Assembly (NCBI GenBank): GCA_031423875.1
Contig: JANPGI010000105.1
Location: 1 to 51,727 of the forward strand
DNA length: 51,727 nt
Direction of reading: 5' to 3'
Origin: Verrucomicrobiota bacterium
GTDB taxonomy: Bacteria > Verrucomicrobiota > Verrucomicrobiia > Limisphaerales > JADLHS01
Of the stretch, positions 1 to 8,682 are shown piece by piece. The position numbers were made by a program, and so were the translations under genes. The notes under the pieces were generated by a model. That model worked only from the letters and a program-made list of their open reading frames with translations, ran no database searches and was not told where the DNA came from. Position 1 is the stretch's first letter. Every line of letters starts with the position of its first letter.

Positions 1-432
1 CGCGCCGAGTGTTTTCAGCAGAGCGACATTGCCGCTGCGTTTGTGGCCGAAGACGAAATCTGTGCCGACGCAGATGCTTTGGATGCCGCCGAGATCGCGC
101 GCGAGGCTGCGGATGAATAACTCGCCACTCTGCTGGCTGAAGTCTTCATCGAAGCGGATCACGAGCAACGCGTCTGCGCCGAGGGATTCGATGGCGCGAA
201 CTTTTTGTGGCTGCGAATAGATGAGAGGCGGGACGCGATCCGGTGCGACGATGGCACTGGGATGTTGGTCAAATGTGACGACGACGGCGAGGGCGTTGTG
301 TTGTCTCGCATCGGCGATGGTCTGGCGGATGATCTGTTGATGGCCGAGGTGGACGCCGTCGAACACGCCGATGGCGAGGCAGGATTTACGACCGCGAGTG
401 TCGAGTTGGTTGGCTTGTTCGATGAGGTTCAT
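1..432 (-). CDS. ribF: Bifunctional riboflavin kinase/FMN adenylyltransferase, N-terminal part only (gene runs off the left edge of the window)
   Basis: Reverse-strand translation from ATG 432..430 reads MNLIEQANQLDTRGRKSCLAIGVFDGVHLGHQQIIRQTIADARQHNALAVVVTFDQHP..., which contains the GxFDGxHxGH nucleotidyltransferase motif of RibF. The ATG overlaps the truB stop (ATGA), the classic truB-ribF order. It is absent from the ORF track because it is open at the window edge. Confidence 0.8.
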   Translation of the reverse strand, partial: MNLIEQANQLDTRGRKSCLAIGVFDGVHLGHQQIIRQTIADARQHNALAVVVTFDQHPSAIVAPDRVPPLIYSQPQKVRAIESLGADALLVIRFDEDFSQQSGELFIRSLARDLGGIQSICVGTDFVFGHKRSGNVALLKTLGA

Positions 433-1142
433 GCCACCGCAAGTTTCAGATACGGAATCACGCGCTTCTCCAGTTCTGCACCAGAAAGATTCATGACCGC
501 GTCGAGTGTTATTGCATCGGTGACATCGAACTTACCAGAGACAGCGCGCCGCAGCGTAGTGAGGTGTGCGCCGCAGCCGAGCTTGTTGCCGAGATCGTGT
601 GCGACGCTGCGGATGTACGTGCCCTTGGTGCAGGCGAGTTTGAATTTGGCGAGTGGCTCGGTGTAGTCGGTGAAGCGGAAGTTGTAGATGTGGATGAGGC
701 GCGGCTCGCGTACCACCTCGATGCCTTGGCGTGCGAGTTTGTAGAGCGGCACGCCGTTTTTCTTGATGGCGGAAACCATCGGAGGAATTTGCATCTGATC
801 GCCGATGAAGGTGGCGGCGTCTTCATTGAGTTGATCGAGCGTCATCGGCGGGACGGGCAAGGAGCCAGTGAGTTCGCCGTCGGAATCATAGCTGTCCGTG
901 GCTTCACCGAACTTCATCGTGCCTTCGTAAACTTTGTCGTCGCCCATCAAGCGTTCGGAGAGTTTCGTACCGCGACCGAGGACGATGATGAGCAGTCCAG
1001 TGGCGTTGGGATCGAGCGTGCCGCAATGGCCGACTTTCTTGATGCCGAACCTGCGACGTATGGCGTCCACGACATCGTGCGAGGTCGGGCCGCTGGGTTT
1101 ATCAATCAGGATTGCGCCATCAAGCGCGGTAAAATCTTGCAT
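429..1142 (-). CDS. truB: tRNA pseudouridine(55) synthase TruB
   Basis: 237-aa ORF. TruB hallmarks: ILIDKPSGPTSHDVV, catalytic Asp in GHCGTLDPNATGLL, MQIPPMVSAIK, C-terminal PUA-like end. Confidence 0.93.
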   Translation of the reverse strand: MQDFTALDGAILIDKPSGPTSHDVVDAIRRRFGIKKVGHCGTLDPNATGLLIIVLGRGTKLSERLMGDDKVYEGTMKFGEATDSYDSDGELTGSLPVPPMTLDQLNEDAATFIGDQMQIPPMVSAIKKNGVPLYKLARQGIEVVREPRLIHIYNFRFTDYTEPLAKFKLACTKGTYIRSVAHDLGNKLGCGAHLTTLRRAVSGKFDVTDAITLDAVMNLSGAELEKRVIPYLKLAVA

Positions 1143-1276
1143 CGTTGAAATGTGAAATGGTTGAAGGGAAACAATTCTCCCTGCCTCAAGGCGCGAGGAG
1201 TAGAAGTGTTTTGATGCGCGCGTTCAAGAAAAACACGCGGGCGGACGGCGGGCGGACGTAGCGAATGACGCAGTGA

Positions 1277-2032
1277 TTACTTCGCGGTCCTGGCCGAGCG
1301 CACGCTCCAGTCGTAATAAAGATACTGGCGTGTGGCGGGTGATGCGCCGCTGTGGACGGGGAGCGCAGGGACGTAGCCTTGGTATGTTGCGCCAGCGATG
1401 CCGAGGCTGGTCAAGAGTTGTTGATCGCAGTCCGTCATGGCCCAACTTTCAGAGCGGTTGCGAATGGCGAGCGATTTTTGCGATTTCTCGTATTGGCGAG
1501 TGGGGTCGCGATCCGTAAGTGAGGCGTCTATTTGCGGGCGTCCGAAGGGATAAATCACACGGTCATTGCCAACGGGCGGATCATTAGTGACGGATCTCAG
1601 CGAGAAGTAACTGACTGGCACACTCAGCGGTGGTGCTGGGGTAACTTTTGGCAACACGCGATATTGGGCAGGACAGATCGCAACGATGGCCGTTCGAATG
1701 AGAAGCGGAGCGGGCGACGGATAGGAAAGGTAATTGGCGATGTAGGCGGCGAGCGACCCGTCATAGCCTTTAGGATCCTGCGGTGTTGATGCTCCGATTC
1801 TGTAAGTGAAAAACATCCCCGTCCAGCAGGGGCCGGGCAGAAAGTCGTTGTTATCCATCGAATACATCTCAATGGCGACGCCGATCTGTTTGAGGTTGCT
1901 GGTGCAGTTGATTTGAAACGCCTTGGCCTTCGCCTTGGCGAGCGCGGGCAGCAACATCGCTGCGAGGATCGCGATGATGGCGATGACGACGAGCAGTTCG
2001 ATGAGGGTGAAGCCGGGGCGTCTGATTCTCAT
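1277..2032 (-). CDS. Prepilin-type N-terminal cleavage/methylation domain protein (DUF1559-like pseudopilin paralogue)
   Basis: MRIRRP|[29 protein letters not shown] followed by [22 protein letters not shown], the DUF1559-type signature CxxNLKQxG...Y..D. Confidence 0.85.
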   Translation of the reverse strand: MRIRRPGFTLIELLVVIAIIAILAAMLLPALAKAKAKAFQINCTSNLKQIGVAIEMYSMDNNDFLPGPCWTGMFFTYRIGASTPQDPKGYDGSLAAYIANYLSYPSPAPLLIRTAIVAICPAQYRVLPKVTPAPPLSVPVSYFSLRSVTNDPPVGNDRVIYPFGRPQIDASLTDRDPTRQYEKSQKSLAIRNRSESWAMTDCDQQLLTSLGIAGATYQGYVPALPVHSGASPATRQYLYYDWSVRSARTAK

Positions 2033-2068
2033 GGGTTTGGTTTCAGTTTGTTATATTGTGCCGAAAAT

Positions 2069-4966
2069 TTATTGCCGCGCACGATAGAACCCTGCGTCGG
2101 CATTCGTAGCGGCATCATCCGTGAACGCCGATGTGCCGTTGGTGTTCATCAGATTGGTGATCTGCTGCCAGAGGGCGAGGTTTGTGGAGTAATCCACAGA
2201 GTAGGCATAACCCGGCTCGCCCGTGACGACGAGTGTCATGCGACCGTCCGGTAGCGGTGTGATGGATTGAACCCACATCGGCGCGAGCGGCAACACGGTG
2301 AGCGCAGCGTTGGAACTGACGGGCGAGCCCGCGCTGTTGGTGACGAGGACGGAATAATTTCCCGCATCGGCGAACTGCGCGTTGCTGCGGATGTAGGTGC
2401 TAGACGTGGCACTCGCGATTGGTGAGCCGTTGAATTGCCATTGATAGCCGGGGGTCGGCGTGCCGGTGGCGACGACGGTGAAGGTGACGTTCGAGCCGAG
2501 CTTCACGGTTTGAGATTGGGGCTGGGTGCTGATGGATGGCGGAACGTTGGTGATGGGCAGTGATGTGATTTGAACCGCGCCTGTCGCGCTTCCGCCGCTG
2601 GCGTCGCTGAGGGTGTAGGTGAAGCGGTCGCTGGCGCTGACTGAGTTCGAGTAGAAAATCGTGGTGGCGTTCGTGGTCAGTGTGATGCCGTTGGTGGTCG
2701 TGAGCGTGATGCCGCTGACGGAGAGCGTGTCGCTGTCCGCATCGGTATCGTTGGTGAGGAGGCTCGCGATGGGGATTTCCAAAACGTAAGTCGGCGCGTT
2801 GGTGGCGTTGTCGGTATTGGCGACGGGAGCGCGGTTCACGCGGATGGTGCCGTCGGTGGTGAGTCGCCCGAGATGCCAGTTCAATCCGGCGGAGTTTGTC
2901 GGGAGAATTGTGGAGGCAAAGGCGCCAGAATAAGAAGCTGCGCTAAAGTTCGTGAAGACTTCGCCGCCGACGAGTGCCGCGCCTGCGTTGGAAACAACGA
3001 GTGTGCCACCGTAATTCAACGTGCCGCTGGTGAGAGCGAGTTGATCAAACAGGGGTGTGCCACCGTTGCGATTGATGCGCGTGAAGTTTGTGCCGCTGAA
3101 CACAGGCGCACTGCCGAGCGTGAGTTTGCCGATGGCGGATGCGGTGCCGGGGGCAATTGTGCCGGTGTTACTGACGGTGACTGTTCCCGCGATGGTGCCC
3201 GTGCCGCCGAGGAAGCCGCCGACGGTGATGTTGACGCTGCCTGTGCCTGTGCCGGAGTTGGTGGTGTTGTTGACGAGCAAACGTCCGGCAGTGACGGTTG
3301 TGCCGCCTGCGTAGGAATTCGCGGCGTTCAAACTCATCGTGCCGAACCCGGCTTTGGTGAGTGCGCCGTTGGTGATGGCGACATTCACGGACAAGTCCAC
3401 TTCTGCCGTGCCGTCGCTGATGCCGAAGACGCGAGTTCCACCTGTGAGATCAATGAAACCCTGCGCGCCCGCGCCGCTGCCGTTGGCGATGACGGAGGCA
3501 CTGTTGGTGAGCGGACTGAAACCCACGCTTCCGCCAACAGAAATTTTGGCGGGCGTTGTGCCGGGCATGAGTTTGATGGTGTTCAGCATGACTGTGCCGC
3601 CGTTGAGCGTGAAGGTTTGTGCGGCGTCCACTTGAAGCGTGTGGACACTAAAGACGGCGCTGCCGCTGAGTGTCACGGGTCCGGAGAATTGTGCGCCGTT
3701 GGTAGTGGAATCCGAGGACGGGGCAAAGAGCACCACGAGTGAACCGCCGGTGATGTTGAGTGTCTCGCGTTGGTAAAGTTTGCGGATGTTGTGACTGCCC
3801 GTGGAGAGCGTGACGGTGATGTTGGCGTTCGGGCGTTCGAGAATCACGGTGTCGTGCTGGCCGGAGGTTGTGCCTGAGCCTGCTGCGCCCGGAAGTCGTG
3901 GCGTGGGCATGGTCAACGTTCCCGCGCGCGCGACTTGTCCAGTGCCTGTGACAGGTGCGATGGGGGTCAATCCACTGTTCCAGTTGGTGAGCGTGCTCCA
4001 GTCACCGCTGGAGTTGTTCATCCAGACAGCGGGGATGAGTTGATCTTTTAGGAATTCAATTCCACCACGCACGACGTCAGCGTCGAGACTCACTCCGCCG
4101 CCGCCCCAACTCGGTAATGTGAGGGTGCTGGCATATTGCCAGAATGTCCACGGGTGTGTGGTGCCGTAATCGTCCCACGGGCCGTAGATGGCGGCGTAGG
4201 TGTCCTTCGGCTCGGCGTTTTGTACGTCAATGGAGTTGGGGTCAGCTTGGTTTGGCCAGCGCGCGCTCCACAACTGTGGGGCTGCTGGAGAAACCGGAGT
4301 GGGCGGATTGGGCGCGGGTTGAGCGAGTTGATTGCGCAGTGAGGCGGACGCTCCTCCAAGTATGAACTCAGCGTAGTTGCCATTGATGTAAATGGCGGGA
4401 CGAATCCCCATCTGCTGGTAGATGCGATCAGAAAAATCTATGGAGAACTGCGCCATGTCATTGTCGGTGCGGATGCCATCGCCCGCTTCGAGATCGTGAA
4501 CGGGAACGAGGTAGCCAGGGCGCATCCACGGGCCGGCCATCTGGATGAAATGATCGGCCTCGTCCGTGCCGGAGTTGGGGATGCCACCTGAATTGGTTGT
4601 GGTGGCAATGATGTCAGGCCGGGAGAAGTGATATGAACCGGCATACATCCCTGCGGCGGGAACGCGGTTGATGTTCTGGACGTAGTAGGGATCGTCGTAG
4701 CGTTGGGAGAGCGTGTTGGTGCCGAAATTGTTGTTCGGGTAATTCTGGTTATAGACGCCAGTGGTCCCGCCGCGACTTGAGCGCAGGATGATGAAGTGCC
4801 TGTTTTCGTTCGTGCGAACGTTGTTCCAAGTCGTCTGCGAGATGCTGCCCTGCCATGCCGAAATGTCGAGGCCGAGCAATCGGGTGACTTGTGCGCTGGC
4901 GGTGAACGCAGTCGCCAAGAAAAGTGCGACATGGATTCTGAGTAATGAATGGAGCAAGCGTTTCAT
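2069..4966 (-). CDS. Secreted multidomain GH25 muramidase (lysozyme): GH25 + PATR beta-strand repeats + cadherin-like + Ig (I-set-like) + C-terminal FYR module
   Basis: Start chosen at MKRLLHSLLRIHVALFLATAFTASAQ (signal peptide, cat at 4964..4966); the ORF extends to 5074. GH25 motifs: GLDISAWQG, YHFSRPD, VHDLE (DxE), WTFWQYAS...DADVV (about 4040..4885). PATR-type repeats: NSYAGGTTVTAGRLLV, GTGSVNI. Cadherin-like: LLTNDTDADSDTLSV. Ig module: YQWQFNG...AGNYSVLVTNSAGS (2294..2542). Confidence 0.85.
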   Translation of the reverse strand: MKRLLHSLLRIHVALFLATAFTASAQVTRLLGLDISAWQGSISQTTWNNVRTNENRHFIILRSSRGGTTGVYNQNYPNNNFGTNTLSQRYDDPYYVQNINRVPAAGMYAGSYHFSRPDIIATTTNSGGIPNSGTDEADHFIQMAGPWMRPGYLVPVHDLEAGDGIRTDNDMAQFSIDFSDRIYQQMGIRPAIYINGNYAEFILGGASASLRNQLAQPAPNPPTPVSPAAPQLWSARWPNQADPNSIDVQNAEPKDTYAAIYGPWDDYGTTHPWTFWQYASTLTLPSWGGGGVSLDADVVRGGIEFLKDQLIPAVWMNNSSGDWSTLTNWNSGLTPIAPVTGTGQVARAGTLTMPTPRLPGAAGSGTTSGQHDTVILERPNANITVTLSTGSHNIRKLYQRETLNITGGSLVVLFAPSSDSTTNGAQFSGPVTLSGSAVFSVHTLQVDAAQTFTLNGGTVMLNTIKLMPGTTPAKISVGGSVGFSPLTNSASVIANGSGAGAQGFIDLTGGTRVFGISDGTAEVDLSVNVAITNGALTKAGFGTMSLNAANSYAGGTTVTAGRLLVNNTTNSGTGTGSVNITVGGFLGGTGTIAGTVTVSNTGTIAPGTASAIGKLTLGSAPVFSGTNFTRINRNGGTPLFDQLALTSGTLNYGGTLVVSNAGAALVGGEVFTNFSAASYSGAFASTILPTNSAGLNWHLGRLTTDGTIRVNRAPVANTDNATNAPTYVLEIPIASLLTNDTDADSDTLSVSGITLTTTNGITLTTNATTIFYSNSVSASDRFTYTLSDASGGSATGAVQITSLPITNVPPSISTQPQSQTVKLGSNVTFTVVATGTPTPGYQWQFNGSPIASATSSTYIRSNAQFADAGNYSVLVTNSAGSPVSSNAALTVLPLAPMWVQSITPLPDGRMTLVVTGEPGYAYSVDYSTNLALWQQITNLMNTNGTSAFTDDAATNADAGFYRARQ

Positions 4967-5086
4967 GTGTTTCGTTTTGAACATAGCGCGTTCAGTCATC
5001 TCGGCCAACGGCATCTTTGTGTCATTCCAAAAAGAAACCGGGACGGTTCGCGTCCCGGTTTCCGTGAATCTCAAGCGGTTGGCATA

Positions 5087-7588
5087 TCAGCGGCGAACGC
5101 GGAAGAACTGCGCGTTAGCCGCCGTGTTCGTGTAGGGGCTGCTGGTGGCGGTGTCCACGTAAGGGCCGGTCACGACGGAAGCGGCTTGCAGGATGCCGGG
5201 GCCTGTCCATGTGAGGATGCCGCCTGCGACTTCCGGCGTGATGAAGAGCCGCGGCGCGTAGTTCACGGCGAGGATGCCGTTGTTGGAATCCAGCGAGAAG
5301 ATGCGGCCACCCGCTACGTCGAAGGCGACAGCCCCCGTGCCGTTGCCGTTGCCGTTGTTGCCCGCGTAGTATTCGCGATCAATCAACGCCGGGCCACCGC
5401 TCGCGGCCACATCATAAAGCGCGAGGTTTTGCGGGATTTGGCCGATGCCAATGCCAGCGATGAAGCTATTGACGTTGTCTGCGCCGATGGGGGAGACGCT
5501 GCCGGGCGGTGTAGTGAATGATGCGATGACTTCACCTGTGCCAGCCGTCGCGTCGTAACGGACGAGGCGGAGGTTGAATCCGGATGATTTGGCCCAGAAG
5601 GTATTCGTTGGGCCAAACGCGATGCCGAGACGAGAGAAGCCGTTGGCCTGCGCGTCGAGCGGGAGGTTGGTGACGGCGATGTTGACGAAGTTAAACGTCG
5701 AGCCGTCTGCGGTGTTGAACAAGGCGATGTTGGTGCCAGTGGCGCAACCCGCGATGATTTCGGTGTTCACGCCGGCGCCGCGAACAGCCAATGTGTCACC
5801 CACACGACCGATGCCGGGATTCGCGAGATAGGCGACTCCTTGGCCGCTGTTGTTGGTGGCGTCTGCCCAGCGATAGATGCTGAAGCTGTCGGACGCGCCG
5901 CTGAGGATGAGGTTGCAGGCATAAACCGCTCCGTCATCCGCCACGCCCACCATGTTGAGCGGGAAGAATCCGGGAGGCGTGCCAGCAAGCAGGAGGGAAA
6001 TGTCTAACTCGCCGATATCCGCTCCGTTGGAAGCATTCAGCGTGTGGACGCCGTTGGTCGGCGCGCGGCTGATCACGACGAGGCGTTGGCTGATCGGGTC
6101 GTAGCCGATGCCGCGTTGGGTATCGCCAGAGGTGGTGAGGTAGTCGCGGCTACCGGCGGCGAGAGTCCAGGCTTGGGTGGCTACGGTGGAATGTCCGGCG
6201 GCGATGATGGAAACGGTGGTGACGCTGATGGTGATGCTGCCGTACAGGTTTGTCACGATGACGTTGTAAGTTCCCGCATCAGTGAGGTCTGCTGCTCCGA
6301 GCGACCAAGTGTTGCTGGTGGCGCCGGGAATCGGGGTGTTTGTGTTGAAATACCATTGGTAGGCGAGCGGGGATGAGCCGCTGGCGGAGACAGAAAGAGA
6401 GACGGGAGAATAGCCTTCAACATAGATGCCACCGCCGGAGGGCGCACCGCCGAGCAGTGGAGGTGTGTTGGTGATGAAGCCGGTGATTTTCGTGAGTTTA
6501 ATTCCATTGTTGGGTTCGCTAAACACGACGTAGCCATTCCTGAAATCAACCAGTCCAAGGAGGTTTCCGTTGGCGATGTAGGGTTGAGCCAAGGGTTGGT
6601 TGAACACCACTGTGGCATTGGAGGCGGAGTTCAATTGCATGACTTTGCCATGATGCAGAATGGTGTTGGTCGTCGTGCCGTTTTGCGTCGCGACGGTGGC
6701 AATCAACTTCAATCCGTTCGTCTCAAAGTATTTCAGACCGTTGTTGGCGGCTTGATCCATGTTGAAGGTTGACGCGACTGCGGCGGTGAGTGTGACTGGA
6801 TTGTAGGTGATGCGAAAGACGGTCTGCACGCCAGCCAGCCGACTGTAGAACGCATTGTTGGTTCCTTCAAACGTCACGCCGCCGCCGCCGCGGTTCACAG
6901 TGCCGGGATAGGTGATGGTGAGATTCGTGAACAACGTCGCTGTGGCATCTGTGGCTTTGAAGATGTTGAAGTTAGTGGAGAGGTTCGCTGCGGTGCCATT
7001 GCCAGCGACGATGATTTCAGTATCAAGTCCAGTACCTCGCAGGTCCATGTAGTCGCCTGCACGCCATTGGAAAGAGGTTCCAGCACCAGAATCATAGACG
7101 ATGGTGGCTGCCGTGGTGAAGTCGCTGTCTGAAGGCCAGCGATAAATGAGGAAGCGGGATGCTGGGGCGCCTGAAAGGTTGCAAGCGTAAACGAAGCCAT
7201 CGTCGGAGACACGGATTTGAGTAAGGTTCAATGTTCCTCCAGCAACACCTGTGGCATTTCCCTGACCGATGTAAGCTCCGGCACTTGCGCCGTTCAAAAC
7301 CGTGAAGTGGTTGTTGCCGCCGTTTGTTCCGCCTGTTGTGCTGGCATACAAAACATTTCCGGTCAGCGGATTGATGGCAATTCCGCGGACGTTATTTCCG
7401 CCGTTGGGCAAATCGTTCGGCAGACCCGCGCCAGCATTGGTGCCTGCGCCGATGTCCCAAAGAGTTGAGAATGTGGGAACTTGTGCCTGCGTTATGGTGA
7501 TGGCTGAAACGAGCAGTGCAACCGCCAGGAGCTTGGATTGTAATCCTGTTTTGCCGGAGCGAACTTGGGTATGTGGATTTGTTTTCAT
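5087..7588 (-). CDS. Secreted hypothetical protein: two homologous ~320-aa domains flanking an Ig-like module, with a C-terminal FFR module
   Basis: Signal peptide MKTNPH...LLAVALLVSAITITQAQV. Internal duplication: GFVYACNLSGAPASRFLIYRWPSD versus GAVYACNLILSGASDSFSIYRWADA, and LRGTGLDTEIIVAGNG versus VRGAGVNTEIIAGCATG. Ig module: AYQWYFN...AGTYNVIVTNLYGS. Confidence 0.75.
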   Translation of the reverse strand: MKTNPHTQVRSGKTGLQSKLLAVALLVSAITITQAQVPTFSTLWDIGAGTNAGAGLPNDLPNGGNNVRGIAINPLTGNVLYASTTGGTNGGNNHFTVLNGASAGAYIGQGNATGVAGGTLNLTQIRVSDDGFVYACNLSGAPASRFLIYRWPSDSDFTTAATIVYDSGAGTSFQWRAGDYMDLRGTGLDTEIIVAGNGTAANLSTNFNIFKATDATATLFTNLTITYPGTVNRGGGGVTFEGTNNAFYSRLAGVQTVFRITYNPVTLTAAVASTFNMDQAANNGLKYFETNGLKLIATVATQNGTTTNTILHHGKVMQLNSASNATVVFNQPLAQPYIANGNLLGLVDFRNGYVVFSEPNNGIKLTKITGFITNTPPLLGGAPSGGGIYVEGYSPVSLSVSASGSSPLAYQWYFNTNTPIPGATSNTWSLGAADLTDAGTYNVIVTNLYGSITISVTTVSIIAAGHSTVATQAWTLAAGSRDYLTTSGDTQRGIGYDPISQRLVVISRAPTNGVHTLNASNGADIGELDISLLLAGTPPGFFPLNMVGVADDGAVYACNLILSGASDSFSIYRWADATNNSGQGVAYLANPGIGRVGDTLAVRGAGVNTEIIAGCATGTNIALFNTADGSTFNFVNIAVTNLPLDAQANGFSRLGIAFGPTNTFWAKSSGFNLRLVRYDATAGTGEVIASFTTPPGSVSPIGADNVNSFIAGIGIGQIPQNLALYDVAASGGPALIDREYYAGNNGNGNGTGAVAFDVAGGRIFSLDSNNGILAVNYAPRLFITPEVAGGILTWTGPGILQAASVVTGPYVDTATSSPYTNTAANAQFFRVRR

Positions 7589-7641
7589 GGTGTGTCTTGA
7601 GTTTGTGTTTAGAGGAAGTTGAGTGGAAGTTTTGTGATTTT

Positions 7642-8625
7642 TTACGGTGCGACAGTTCCTTGAAGGCGCGTGTAGTCGCGCACGTTTCCGGCGGTGCTGG
7701 GGGGTGTGGTAAAATTCAACAGGTCGGCACTCTTCGAAAAAAGATAGTCACCGGACCACTTCCAGTATTCCGCATGACCGTCAGCGAAGGAGATGGTGCA
7801 TCCGCGACCATGCCGTTTGCCGGGGGTATTCCAGTTGAACAATGCAGGCGCGGCACCTGTTCCCAACCCTGCGATGCCGAAGGCACCGTTGTCTATGCTG
7901 TACTCGTCTTCATCAAGAAAAACCGATGCTTGCGAGGCACTAGGGTTGTTGATGAGGCTTGTTTTATATGGAGTGCGCGGCGTGGTTAGACCGGGAGGAA
8001 CAAAACCGTCAGATACATTGCAATCAACCCAATTGATCCAATTCATCCCAATGCTCATGGAATAACTCCGAACCCGGGGATAAGCTGACTTGGGTGCGCT
8101 GGGGCTAGTCTCACCTATCGTGGCGCGGTCAGCGGGGCATTTGTAAACGCCCATCGCGGTGTTGTATCTGAAGAGAGTTCCGTTTTTGATGTTGTTGGTT
8201 TGAACCAAGATGGAGTCCACCATCGCATTGCCTTTGATCCAAGAGCAGTCGGTTGAGCCAGTGCCGCTGGTCCAGTTGCGCACCAAGGACTCATTGAAAT
8301 CGCCCGAATACATCGTCCAACAAAGCGTGAGCTGTTTGAGGTTGTTCAAGCATTGGGTCGTGTAGGCTTTTTCCTTGGCCTTGGCGAGCGCGGGCAGGAG
8401 CATCGCGGCAAGGATGGCGATGATGGCGATGACCACGAGCAACTCAATCAAAGTGAATCCATTCGAGCTATCACGCGCGGATCGATTTGTTCTGTCTGCG
8501 ACGTTGATTCGGCTGCAACGAGGCGTTGACGAGAATGGGTTGAACACGGAGCTAAATAACCTCACAGCAAAAAGACTTTCAACGAAAAACACCTTCCAGA
8601 CCATCTGCATTCCCAACATATCCAT
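7642..8625 (-). CDS. Prepilin-type N-terminal cleavage/methylation domain protein with H-X9-DG C-terminal motif (DUF1559 family)
   Basis: [45 protein letters not shown] and C-terminal [19 protein letters not shown] (H-X9-DG). The start is uncertain: the ATG at 8625 gives an atypically long 55-aa leader, and the nearest in-frame alternative is GTG at 8547. Confidence 0.8.
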   Translation of the reverse strand: MDMLGMQMVWKVFFVESLFAVRLFSSVFNPFSSTPRCSRINVADRTNRSARDSSNGFTLIELLVVIAIIAILAAMLLPALAKAKEKAYTTQCLNNLKQLTLCWTMYSGDFNESLVRNWTSGTGSTDCSWIKGNAMVDSILVQTNNIKNGTLFRYNTAMGVYKCPADRATIGETSPSAPKSAYPRVRSYSMSIGMNWINWVDCNVSDGFVPPGLTTPRTPYKTSLINNPSASQASVFLDEDEYSIDNGAFGIAGLGTGAAPALFNWNTPGKRHGRGCTISFADGHAEYWKWSGDYLFSKSADLLNFTTPPSTAGNVRDYTRLQGTVAP

Positions 8626-8682
8626 GTGACAACTTGGATTGTTTTGTGTTTCCAGGACGGCGTAATTATCCTGCGCTCATTG

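Noticed and set aside
564-1148. Long ORFs antisense to confidently called genes: 564..1148+, 2873..3742+, 10135..10971-, 11059..11760-, 20572..21735+, 23757..24926+, 26543..27460+, 35406..36134-, 36578..37738+, 44935..45660-, 50220..51284+
   Set aside because: They are shadow ORFs typical of GC-rich DNA. Their translations are Arg/Ala/Gly/His-rich and low in complexity, with no recognisable motifs. Each is fully contained in a gene on the other strand that has strong family signatures.
4967-5074. N-terminal extensions offered by the ORF track (5074 for GH25, 44019 for PATR, 43939 for GH115, 51605 for GH67, 22428 for GPH, 20154 for the regulator, 16847 for the kinase)
   Set aside because: Internal ATGs give canonical signal peptides or domain starts and remove overlaps with neighbouring genes or operator sites. 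Several maximal ORFs open at TTG or GTG. The chosen starts remain predictions.
2069-8625. GH25 lysozyme region as a prophage lysis module
   Set aside because: No holin, spanin, capsid, tail, terminase or integrase genes are present. The GH25 domain is part of a 965-aa signal-peptide protein with adhesin-type domains.
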